A stretch of DNA of 64,000 bases from Nitrosopumilus sp. (GTDB taxonomy: Archaea > Thermoproteota > Nitrososphaeria > Nitrososphaerales > Nitrosopumilaceae): positions 992,001 through 1,056,000 of the forward strand of contig OZ244732.1 in NCBI GenBank assembly GCA_965219345.1, read 5' to 3'. Position numbers and translations under genes: made by a program. This document shows, one piece after another, positions 41,501-50,873 of this stretch (position 1 is its first letter; every line of letters begins with the position of its first letter). The notes under the pieces were generated by a model that did not search any database, was not told the DNA's origin, and worked only from the letters and a program-made list of their open reading frames with translations.

Positions 41501-41722
41501 TTAAATTCTTTTGGAATATTTCTCACTAAACTTGATTTCATGTTTATGCCTATTTTTGGAATGTCGGGGCTTGTGTTTTAGATATGTCTCACAACAGGGA
41601 CATTTATGATTCCCACTCCATTCCAAAAAAACATCACAACTTGGACAATATTTAGAATTCGCTGTGTCGTACTGCCGTCTTGATTTCTTATATTTGCTAC
41701 AAAATCCATCACAAGACATCAT
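41501..41722 (-). CDS. Small Cys-rich Zn-finger-like protein (cargo of element B)
   Basis: CDGFC...CPSC..F.EW.G..CPCC...LKHKPR. Confidence 0.7.
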   Translation of the reverse strand: MMSCDGFCSKYKKSRRQYDTANSKYCPSCDVFLEWSGNHKCPCCETYLKHKPRHSKNRHKHEIKFSEKYSKRI

Positions 41723-41730
41723 GCATCACA

Positions 41731-42267
41731 TTACGGTTCAATCATTATAATTTTGACAGGAACTGACGGAACAGATCTATTCAGACGTTCAATGTCATAT
41801 TCTAACTGTTCACCATAAGACACGCCACTTGACATCTCCCTCATCATGCTGTATGTTGGAACAATTTCCACACCAACATCTATTTTTCCAGCATTGTAAA
41901 AATGTTGAAATTTTGACATATCATAAAACATGAAAGCATATTTGCCAAATTGAACCTCTACGTTAACTTTGTCCTTGTTGTAATCAATTTGCTTATATGA
42001 TGATATTTCCTTGTTTTTTGATATAGGTATGGTATAGTTGAGACGTATTTCTCGGAATCGCCTACTGGAAAAATTCGCTTGAAAGCTATCGTTTAACTCT
42101 CTTGGATTATACAGTTGTTTTCCTTTTCTGTTTTTTTCTTTTGAGATTTTTGTCTTAAATGGAGATACATCTGAAATTATGTCATTTATCTCACTGTTAA
42201 TTTCAGAAAATCTAGCAGCTAATATTTCACTCCCACCCAAATGAGAATACGTCTTTTTTATTTTCAT
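41731..42267 (-). CDS. BglII/BstYI-family type II restriction endonuclease
   Basis: YSHLGG, KQIDYNKDKVNVEVQFGKYAF and MSSGVSYGE motifs; ATG at 42267 overlaps the methyltransferase TGA (ATGA). Confidence 0.88.
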   Translation of the reverse strand: MKIKKTYSHLGGSEILAARFSEINSEINDIISDVSPFKTKISKEKNRKGKQLYNPRELNDSFQANFSSRRFREIRLNYTIPISKNKEISSYKQIDYNKDKVNVEVQFGKYAFMFYDMSKFQHFYNAGKIDVGVEIVPTYSMMREMSSGVSYGEQLEYDIERLNRSVPSVPVKIIMIEP

Positions 42268-43114
42268 GTTTGCATTCCGTATATTGGCCTGTTCATAGGT
42301 CTCGTTCGTAGTTTGTTTGTGGCAAGAAGCCTCAATCTGCTGCACAATATAGTAACATACTTTTGCTCTTTCTCAGAACCCAAACAATTTCTACCATGTT
42401 TCAGAGATGCGATTGCGGTAGTACCAGAGCCAATGTATGGATCATATACCATGTCTCCTTTATCAGTAAGTGCCAAGACGAGCCTCTCAACCAGTTCAAC
42501 AGGGAATTGTGCAGGATGTGAAGTTTTTTCAACATGGTTGTGTTTTACATTTGGGATTTCCCAGACATCAGATGGATTTTTTCCAAGTGGATTGCAACTT
42601 AGTTCCCCTTTTTTCTTACCTGAAAAATAATGTTTGGATGGATACTTTTGTGGAATGCGTATTGGATCAAGATTGAATGTGTAATTATCAGATTTTGTAA
42701 ACCATAATATTGTTTCATATCTGCCAGAAAGACGCTTTGAGCAATGTAATCCATGTCCAAAATGCCAAATTATCCTATTTCTTAGAAATAAATTCATGTC
42801 AGTAAAAATAGGATACAATACCATGTCCAATGGTGTGATCATTCCATTTTCTACAAAATTACCTACCTGCCAGCAGATCGAACCAGTAATTTTTAATTTC
42901 CTGACACATTCCCGTATTACTAGTTTTTGGTTTTTGATGTATTCATTCAATCCTTGTTTCTTTTCATATTCTTTGCCCAGATTGTATGGTGGTGATGTTA
43001 CAATTAATTGAATTGAATTGTTTGGTATTCTCTTAAGACAGTCTAGACAATCACCTGTGAAGATGGTGTTAGATACAGTTTGTTTGGAAGTATTCTTCCC
43101 CCCCCCTCATTCAT
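42264..43114 (-). CDS. Beta-class amino DNA methyltransferase, frameshifted at a 5' G9 tract
   Basis: Frame open from 43106 contains FTGDCLD, VTSPPYN, HPAQFP and YDPYIGSGTT; both upstream ATGs (43110, 43114) are out of frame across G9. Confidence 0.88.
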
Positions 43115-43146
43115 TTTGTATTTTGTCGTTTTTTTCATTGTATTAA

Positions 43147-43329
43147 TCACTCTTTCTTAGTTATCTTGGCTAACCAAGTTTTACCATCCTTATCTAATTG
43201 CCAGTTGAGATGATCTCCATCCTCTAACCCGATTTGCTGAACTACAAAAACTGGTATTGTGGTTCTCAGTGACTTGCTCTTTGATGTTGCAGGTGTGCAT
43301 ACTGTTTCTGTTCCCTCTAATCTTCCCAT
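43147..43329 (-). CDS. AbrB/MazE/SpoVT-like small regulator
   Basis: KSLRTTIPVFVVQQIGLEDGDHLNWQLDKD; paralogue of 17180-17347. Confidence 0.85.
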   Translation of the reverse strand: MGRLEGTETVCTPATSKSKSLRTTIPVFVVQQIGLEDGDHLNWQLDKDGKTWLAKITKKE

Positions 43330-43426
43330 ATAGGTAAATTAATTTAAACATATATTAATTTACCTATATTACAGATTTACCTATATATTTACCAATATTT
43401 ATATATGCAATTAGTTTACCTATATT
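43328..43426. promoter_or_regulatory. Divergent promoter region with repeated TTTACCTATA boxes (putative operators)
   Basis: Three TTTACCTATA, one TTTACCAATA and one inverted TATAGGTAAA. Confidence 0.6.
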
Positions 43427-43443
43427 ATGAATCAAAGAGAAAT

Positions 43444-43506
43444 GAGGGCAATGATGAGACCTACGACTTCTGACTCTATGATGAGTGAGATGACCTCTGA
43501 GCCCTC
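43444..43506 (+). ncRNA. Archaeal box C/D sRNA-like element
   Basis: C ATGATGA 43451-57; 12-nt guide; D' CTGA 43470-73; C' ATGATGA 43478-84; 12-nt guide; D CTGA 43497-500; closing stem GAGGGC/GCCCTC. Confidence 0.82.
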
Positions 43507-43554
43507 ATCTTTTGATTCATTTGATTCTATATTAATTTTCGAGGTGCAGTATGT

Positions 43555-44679
43555 ATGAACTCCAGAACTTAAAGAGCCAAACAAATGATGGAACTGCCAA
43601 ACTGCGCAGTACAGTTTAGCCCAGAAAAATTTAGCGTGAGATCACAAAGCATGCCACAAATTCACTATATCGTATCAAAGACAGATGGTGGGTTAATTTG
43701 TGATTGTCCAGATCACATCAAAAGAAAATCAGACTGCAAGCACATCAAGATAGTCTTGGAGCTAATCAGGAAAAATCAATGCAAGACTCAAGAGTTTAGA
43801 ATGATGGATAGGTCGAATTTCAATCTATGTAAATTCTGTGACTCTGGCAGACTGAAAAAGGATGGAATTAGAAAAAACAAGAAAGGTGATGTCCAGCAAT
43901 ACAAATGCCAAGACTGTAAAAAGAGATTTGTCTTGAACCTTGGATTTGAGAAAATGCGTTATGATCCTGTCTTAATCACTAGAGCTTTACAAATGTATTT
44001 TTCAGGTATGAGTATCAGGGATATTGCAGATTGCTTTGAGCAGGAAGAAATCAAAGTGTCTTATAGAGCAGTTTATGATTGGATTGACAAATATTCTCAA
44101 ATGGTTACAGATTATGTAAAAGGAATCGTGCCAAGAGTATCTGAAACATGGAGAACAGATGAAATCTTTATGAAAATTAGCGGTGTTCAAAAACTACAGT
44201 ATTCCATGCTTGACCATGAAACTAGATTTATGATTACCCAATTTGTAGCCAATACTAAAGGCACGGAAAATGTCGAGCCAATGTTTAGAGAAGCCATAAT
44301 GATTGCAGATAAAATCCCAACTACATTAATCTCTGATGGTGCAAAGAACTTTCACAAGGCTTGGAAAGATAATTACAAAGCCAAGAATCCATTATGGAAA
44401 GACACGGAACATATACGCCACATTCACATGAAAGGCGATAAAAACAATAATCGCATGGAAAGATTGAATGGGACTATCAGAGATCGTGAAGTTGCATATA
44501 GAGGAATAAAAAAGATGAATAGTCCTCTTTTTAATGGATTCCAAGCATTTTACAATTTCTCAAAAAAACATGGTGGAATTGACAAGAAAACTCCAGCAGA
44601 AAAAGCAGGTATTTTGGTTGATGGAGATAACAAATGGAAGACCTTGATTCAAAATACCTCACTTAGTCAATATCAATAA
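43555..44679 (+). CDS. IS6-family DDE transposase with SWIM and Zn-ribbon domains; TAA at codon 6, open from ATG 43585
   Basis: Closely similar to 15953-17080; ATG AAC TCC AGA ACT TAA aligns with MNPRTQ of element A. Confidence 0.9.
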
Positions 44680-44921
44680 TCATTATTTTAGGAATCTTTG
44701 TTTTAGAACTTGTAAATTTCAGGCAGATTTTTCAATCTTTAGAAGATCCGCATTTCATGCTAACACACGATAACTTCACAGAACCTAATGATTATGATGT
44801 ATGTAGAGATAGTTTTTGTGATCGCCATCGTATTATAATTTTTATTACTATAATTTGTAATGACTTTAAGAAATGTAAAAACAATTGTGTACTCTAACTT
44901 TTTTTTATTTTCATTACATAT

Positions 44922-45251
44922 ATGAAAATACATATGCTTCTCTTTACTCTTTTGATCATAGTTTTTTTAACTGTAGAAAATGTATTTGCCCAATTAGATG
45001 TAGGTGTAGTTTGTGATTCTGATCAAGATGTTTCAAAATGTTTAGATAATACACCACATGTTTCAATAGATGGAATATCGATCATAGAATTGGTTCCATT
45101 TATTTTACCAGGTTTAATTTTTGTAATTATAGTTATTATTTTAGTCACAGTTATTATTTACAGAAAAAAAAGAATATGTCAGCACAACCCTAACACAACT
45201 TGCGATCTAATATCTGATAGATTTTTGATCGCCATGGTGAAAAGGAGATAG
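44922..45251 (+). CDS. Small membrane protein (signal peptide plus one transmembrane helix)
   Basis: Hydrophobic N-terminus ending VFAQ and a second hydrophobic helix followed by YRKKR. Confidence 0.6.
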   Translation: MKIHMLLFTLLIIVFLTVENVFAQLDVGVVCDSDQDVSKCLDNTPHVSIDGISIIELVPFILPGLIFVIIVIILVTVIIYRKKRICQHNPNTTCDLISDRFLIAMVKRR

Positions 45252-45453
45252 AGAATATGGCCAATATTATAATTTACATGATATAATGGAAATGCAAGGT
45301 AAGTAAAACATTTGGTAACTTCAGCAGTTTTTGTGATATTACTAGGTTCGTGATTAATTATGGTAAAAATCTAATAATCATCTAAAAATTATATACATTA
45401 TTGTATAGTATCATGTAGTATCAAAAATATTTTACTAATAAATATAATGTATT

Positions 45454-46498
45454 ATGTTAAAAATGAAAAAGACACAACAAATCACTCCAATGAAAATCCA
45501 AATTCAGATTAGTAAGGACAACACTATCTTAGTAGAACTACAGCATATTCCTCTATCAGAAATTCTGTTAGATCCAAAGAATGTTCGATTCAAACATCTC
45601 GATAGAACATTGTCTGATCAAGAAATTGAAAAATGGATTTCTGATGAAGGTGATACCAAAAGTCTAATTTCATGAAATAAGATTCTCAGGAGGATTATCA
45701 GAAAAACCTTTTGTTCAAGATTTAGAAAATGGAAAATTTAAGGCAGTAGAAGGAAATCGAAGAATTGTTTGTTTAAGAAAAATTGCTCAGGAGATTAAAT
45801 CAGGAAAAGAAAAAGAAATTTCTTTAGATATGATTGATTCAGTTCAATGTATAGTAATTCCCAAATCTGTTACGGATAAATCATTAGCTGTTTTTCTTGC
45901 ACGTATTCACGTAAGTGGAAAGAAAGACTGGGCTGCATTAAATCAAAGTGCTCATGTTTATGATCTAATCAGAAAACATGATTTTGACCAAGACGATGTA
46001 GCACATGCAATAAGCATTAGTAAGACCAAAGTGAATAATATGATAAAATCATATGAAGTTACTCTCAAGTATAAAGAGAAATTTCCTGATGATGATTTAT
46101 GGTTAAGGAGATATTCCCATTTTGAAGAGTTGTTCAAGAAAAAAGCTTTGAAAGAATGGGTCAATGATCCGTTGAATTTGGATTTGTTTATGAAATGGAT
46201 TTACAATAATCAATTTCCAATGGCAATCAAAGTTAGAAAGCTTGATGGAATTGTTCAAGATGGTAAAGACGCATACAAAGCTATGAAGAAAGGTGTTACG
46301 ATTGATGAAGCAAATAAAATTTTGCAACAAAATCAAATACAAACATTAACTACAAAAATTGCTAGCGATGTAGAGAATAAAGTCAAAGACTTTCAAGAAC
46401 TCTTACAGAATTTCCCTAGAGGTAAAATGAAAGAATTTTCCAAAGATAAACATAAGATGAAAGAATTCGAAGAGTTGTACGATGACTGGGGGGTATAA
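45454..46498 (+). pseudogene. ParB/Sulfiredoxin N-terminal domain protein, frameshifted near 45670
   Basis: LDPKNVRF in the first frame; GGLSEKPFV...AVEGNRRIVCL and an HTH-like segment in the second; one extra base joins them. Confidence 0.78.
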
Positions 46499-46938
46499 TT
46501 AAAGATATAAGATTGATGGAAAGTGGTGATTCTAAATAGTTTTTATTCTTTAGAATCTATAAACTTGTATTATTGATATGAAATGATTTTTCTATGTATT
46601 CAAAACAACAAGGAATTATTCATTGAACAGGTAATGAGCTGAAATCAATTTTCAAGGTAGACATTTCTAAAGAATATATTTTCTTTTAAAAGACTTTTTG
46701 GGCTCAATTATATGACAAAACTATACGGGTTTAGAGTATATATAAACAAATTATTTTATGTGTCTATTTATATGATCCAAATTCTTAAATTAGTATCTTG
46801 TAAAAGTATATTTGAAAATTAAATTAAGGTATGGTTTTTACCTCCTTGTTTCTTTTTCATTCAGTGGACTAGGTATAGGTCAAAACTTGCGAGACAACCT
46901 AGTACCATTTTTATTATTAATAATTAGATGATTTTTGG

Positions 46939-47023
46939 GCAGAGATCGCCTAGTTTGGTAGGGCGTTTGACTTATGATCAAATGTTTCGCAAGGACCCGC
47001 GGGTTCAAATCCCATTCTCTGCG
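46939..47023 (+). tRNA. Atypical class II (long variable arm) tRNA with TAT anticodon; possible pseudo-tRNA
   Basis: Acceptor GCAGAGA/TCTCTGC, D arm GCC..GG..GGC, anticodon stem TTTGA/TCAAA with loop CTTATGA, T loop GGGTTCAAATCCC; C-A mismatch in the T stem. Confidence 0.8.
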
Positions 47024-47031
47024 TTTTACGA

Positions 47032-47531
47032 GGTTCTGTGTAATCTTCGGTTCATGGATCTTATTCCAAATTTTCCCTCGGAAGCGAGGCGTTTTGAATT
47101 ACTGTCCTCCACTTGTTAGGACCATCAACCTCAATCATTGAGGCCTGTGCCGGAGTCCTGCCTTTCAAGGCTCCATGCTTTTTTGTGAAATTATAGTAGA
47201 CTCTCATGCCCTCAATGACTGCGGTGTCCATTCTTTTCAAGCCTCTGAATACCTTTTCCCTGTCCCTGATTTCACCGTTCAGCCTTTCCATCTTGTTGTT
47301 GTTCATATCCCCCTTTAGGTGAATGTGTCTCACGTGGTTTGTCTTTTTTCCAAAAACTTTCTTACTTGATTTCATATATGCTGGTAATCCATCAGTAATG
47401 AAATTTTTAGGATTCTTTCCAACTTGAAGCTTGGTCATTAATAATAGATTGTCTGCATTGTGCTGAAATTTAGTACTGGCAATATCTGAAGCCAGCCAGT
47501 AACGTGTATCATCATCCATAGAGGCAAATAT
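47032..47531 (-). mobile_element. Truncated IS6 element: one TIR plus transposase C-terminal half
   Basis: GGTTCTGTGTAATCTTCGG at 47032 (same as the MITE TIR); FASMDDDTRYW, ITDG and NNKMERLNGEIRDRE. Confidence 0.88.
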
Positions 47532-48082
47532 TGGTCGAAATTCTTTAGAGTCCCTTGATGACACTTCTATTGGATCTAATACTTCCAGTTCAGAAAATAA
47601 TCAAACTACTGAATCATCTTTTACACTTGATATGAATGCCTCTTTTCCTATTATTATAAAAACTAATAATCGTGATTTTGAATGGGATATACAAACCAAT
47701 GAGGATTGGGCGGTAATTGATTCGGTCATCACTTCAATCAAAAAAGGATGGGATGCAAACCTGCCAAAGGAGGATGACAATTAAAGAATAATTTTCTTCA
47801 GAATCGATAAACCATTTTTAGGTGAGTCTAGGCAGGAATCTAAAGTTCGCTAAAAGCCTTTAGATTTTTGTTGAACAAATCATGAGTTGAGCTCATCTAA
47901 AATAGGTCGCATATTCTGGAGGGATTATTCTTTATTTAAATATGCTACTTCTATCTAAATTATACAATCAAATTAGTTAATTCAACTACGATTACTATCA
48001 AAATATTATTATATTTGGTAATCAAAATATTTGGTAATTCAGCCAGATATTATGTAATAACTCTATTATGGATGTGATGTGA

Positions 48083-48490
48083 TTGCTAAAAAAAATAGCT
48101 GCTATTGGAGTAATTGGAATAATAATTCTTGTAATTATTGGAGTATCGTTACCAAATATTACAAGTGATGACACTAAAGAAACGGAGTCGACTGTTACAG
48201 GGGACGTAATAATGCCTACAAAAGTTTCTCGTCCTGGATGTGAAGAGATTGATAGATGTTACATGCCATCTATGATTGTTGTTGATTCAGGAAATCAAGT
48301 TACTTGGGTTAATGAAGATTCAGCCTTTCACAGTGTTACTTCTGGTTTTTATGGTGCACCTACTGAACTTTTTGACAGTGGACATTTAGATCCATTTGAA
48401 TCCTACACTCTTACTTTTGATGAAACAGGAATCTATGATTACCATTGTACGTTACATCCTTGGATGAAAGGACAAGTCATAGTAGAATAA
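48083..48490 (+). CDS. Plastocyanin/azurin-family blue copper protein
   Basis: N-terminal transmembrane anchor; HSVTSG and YHCTLHPWMKG copper ligands. Confidence 0.92.
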   Translation: MLKKIAAIGVIGIIILVIIGVSLPNITSDDTKETESTVTGDVIMPTKVSRPGCEEIDRCYMPSMIVVDSGNQVTWVNEDSAFHSVTSGFYGAPTELFDSGHLDPFESYTLTFDETGIYDYHCTLHPWMKGQVIVE

Positions 48491-48561
48491 GGTACCCGAG
48501 GGAGTCGAACCCCCTTGTATAGGCTTTGCAGGCCCACGCATAACCGTTCTGCCAGAGTACC
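48490..48561 (-). tRNA. tRNA-Cys (GCA)
   Basis: GGTACTC/GGGTACC acceptor, loop CTGCAAA, GGTTCGACTCC, U73. Confidence 0.95.
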
Positions 48562-48600
48562 ATTCTCAAAACAACAAAATGAATAATTAAACTCTTCAGA

Positions 48601-48822
48601 TTAGAACTTGTTAAACGGCTTTGAAGCCAATTTAACATCTTCGGCTTTTACAGTTTTTCTTCCTGCATGAGAAGTCATATCAACTGCACTCTTTGCAATA
48701 CTGTCTGCAAGTTCTTCAATTATCCTTCTTAATTCATTTGCTGATTCGTCACTAACCCTCTCGGCTCCTGCCTTTTTCAAAATTCTATACATGGCAGATA
48801 GTCCTAGCTCTGATGATTTCAT
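48601..48822 (-). CDS. Archaeal histone
   Basis: RILKKAGAERVS...HAGRKTVKAEDV histone fold. Confidence 0.93.
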   Translation of the reverse strand: MKSSELGLSAMYRILKKAGAERVSDESANELRRIIEELADSIAKSAVDMTSHAGRKTVKAEDVKLASKPFNKF

Positions 48823-48918
48823 GAATTTTATTTCAGTTTTTTCCGAAAAAAGCTAACGAATGAAAAAATATCACTAAGGAATCGATTTATACAGACTATT
48901 TTAAGAATTGATAAAGAA

Positions 48919-49674
48919 ATGACGTGGTATTTTGATTCTCACATACACTTGTCTGATCCTGCATATTCTTCTGATATGCAGTTTATCCTAAAGGAAATGG
49001 AACATCTGAAAATTAAAGCATGTTGTGTCTCAATGGATAATGAAAATTCTTTACAAACTTTAAAACTGGCAAAAAAAAGCAATCTAGTTTTACCCTTCAT
49101 CGGAATTCATCCTGAATGTGTACACAACGAACTTGAACAAATGACAAATATGATAGAAGAGAACTACCAAAATCTTTCTGGAATAGGAGAAATAGGACTA
49201 GATCCAACTTTTGTCAACAGTGACGAAGATTCTAAAAGACAAATTCATGTTTTTGAAACATTATTGTCACTTGCAGAAAAATTCAACAAGCCAGTTTCTA
49301 TTCATTCAAGAAAAAGCATTGATGATGTCTTTCAAATAATGACTTCCTATGACACTGAACATGCTTTACTCCACTGGTTTGACGGTAGTAAAAAACAACT
49401 TCAAAAAGCCATGGATATGGGATTTTTTGTGTCATACGGACCTGTAACGGTCTATGCAAATGACAAGCAGACATTACTGTCTAAAACAGATGAATCGAAA
49501 ATTCTTGTTGAAACTGATGGTCCTGTAAGATTTTCTAGGTGTTTTGAAATGAAATCTGGACAAATTAGCTTTATTCCTAGCGTAATTTTTTGTGCTTCAA
49601 AAATTCTAAGAAAAACGTTTGATGAAATGACATCCTTATTAGAAAACAACTCAAAATCATTCCTTGGAATATAG
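48919..49674 (+). CDS. tatD: TatD-family hydrolase
   Basis: DSHIHL, GIHP, IGEIGLD, SIHSR and LVETDGP. Confidence 0.92.
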   Translation: MTWYFDSHIHLSDPAYSSDMQFILKEMEHLKIKACCVSMDNENSLQTLKLAKKSNLVLPFIGIHPECVHNELEQMTNMIEENYQNLSGIGEIGLDPTFVNSDEDSKRQIHVFETLLSLAEKFNKPVSIHSRKSIDDVFQIMTSYDTEHALLHWFDGSKKQLQKAMDMGFFVSYGPVTVYANDKQTLLSKTDESKILVETDGPVRFSRCFEMKSGQISFIPSVIFCASKILRKTFDEMTSLLENNSKSFLGI

Positions 49675-49705
49675 GTATAAAACACCCTCATTCATCAGAC
49701 CAAGA

Positions 49706-50059
49706 GTGGATAGAATAAAACGTATTTCATATGAGGTTCTAGACAAACACAAATCTAGGTTTGGCGAAGATTTTGCTGATAATAAAAAAATTTTAGATGA
49801 AGTTTCTATCGTACGTTCTAAAGGCCTAAAAAACAAAATAGCAGGATATATCACTAAATTTATCAAAAAAGAGATTCGTGAAGAAAAAGCCAAACAAACA
49901 CAAATTGCATCCTCACAATCTGAGGAACCCATAGAGGCACAGGTTCAACCAGAAACTCCTGAATCTGCCCCTGCTTCTGAAGAAACTCCATCTGAAACCG
50001 TTCCAGAAACAACTCCTGTAAAAGAAACGAATGAAACTACAGAAGAGAAAACTGAATAA
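49706..50059 (+). CDS. rps17e: 30S ribosomal protein S17e with acidic C-terminal extension
   Basis: F..DFADNKK..SKGLKNKIAGYIT; GTG at 49706 preferred. Confidence 0.9.
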   Translation: MDRIKRISYEVLDKHKSRFGEDFADNKKILDEVSIVRSKGLKNKIAGYITKFIKKEIREEKAKQTQIASSQSEEPIEAQVQPETPESAPASEETPSETVPETTPVKETNETTEEKTE

Positions 50060-50099
50060 TAAATAAGATATTAATTTTCCAAATTTAGAATTAGACAGT

Positions 50100-50873
50100 A
50101 TGATTACTGTAAAACTTGTTGGCGGTGCAAAAAAATCTTTTTCAACAGGACAATTACAGATTGATAAATATGATATCTCCATTCAGGAATTACTTGATTT
50201 ATTGTTAGAATTAAAACCCGCTAATACTCCTGATCTGGATACTGAAAACATCTTGATTGCAATAAATGGTTCTGATTCCTCTGCAATGGAAGGAAAATCT
50301 ACTAAGATAAAAAACAATGATCTTGTAAGCATTATACCTGTAATTCATGGCGGCTCACCCAAAAAACTAACTTTCCAAGTATTAAAAAAACAAATTCAAA
50401 TAATTGAGATTACAGGTCAAATAACAATTGATGTAAAGTTCCTTGATAATTTAAGAAAAAGATACCCAAAAATCAAACTTCAGGCAGTATCAAGTAATTT
50501 TGTCTTGAATAATTATCATTTAAAAAAAATTTTATCTTTATCTTTAGAATCAGAAAAAAATGATATTTTACTTTCAAATAAACTCGAAACTGATATTTTG
50601 ATGCGTTTTGCATTGACTAAACAAATTTCTGAAGCAATAATAAATGCTGGAATAAAGCCAAAAACTAATTTTATTTTGATTGCAGTTGGAAATAAAAAAA
50701 TATTAAATTCATTATACGAAGAATTATTACCATTGTCAGTAAACCTATTTTTAAAAAATAATGATTTGTTTCTAAAAAAATATTTTAAGATTACAAAAAA
50801 ACAACTTGATTCAGTTTATTCAAAAAATTCTCTGGAAGATATTTTGGTAGAAAAGGCGGCAATTTTACTCTGA
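50100..50873 (+). CDS. MoaD/ThiS ubiquitin-like domain fused to a KEOPS Cgi121-like domain
   Basis: Internal IIPVIHGG; C-terminal KLETDILMRFA.TKQISEAI..AG. Confidence 0.8.
   Translation: MITVKLVGGAKKSFSTGQLQIDKYDISIQELLDLLLELKPANTPDLDTENILIAINGSDSSAMEGKSTKIKNNDLVSIIPVIHGGSPKKLTFQVLKKQIQIIEITGQITIDVKFLDNLRKRYPKIKLQAVSSNFVLNNYHLKKILSLSLESEKNDILLSNKLETDILMRFALTKQISEAIINAGIKPKTNFILIAVGNKKILNSLYEELLPLSVNLFLKNNDLFLKKYFKITKKQLDSVYSKNSLEDILVEKAAILL

Larger units (their letters stand above)
41406..44785. mobile_element. IS6-family cargo transposon B (3380 bp) carrying a BglII/BstYI-type R-M system
   Basis: Perfect 45-bp TIRs GGTTCTGTGAAGTTATCGTGTGTTAGCATGAAATGCGGATCTTCT (41406-41450, 44741-44785); direct repeat TAATGAT at 41399-41405 and 44786-44792. 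Confidence 0.95.

Noticed and set aside
43451-43500. TIGR-type array or IS110 bridge-RNA system
   Set aside because: There is only a single C/D unit, no Nop-domain protein, and the transposase is an IS6 DDE enzyme.
43427-43520. Bulge-helix-bulge intron in the transposase leader
   Set aside because: The internal loop (GAGAA opposite CT) does not form a 3-4-3 motif.
46939-47023. tRNA as attachment site of an integrated virus or plasmid
   Set aside because: I found no duplicated tRNA 3' end and no tyrosine integrase in the window.
47533-47784. Open frame on the + strand ending ...IKKGWDANLPKEDDN*
   Set aside because: It appears to be a 5'-truncated remnant abutting the broken IS6; no family recognised.
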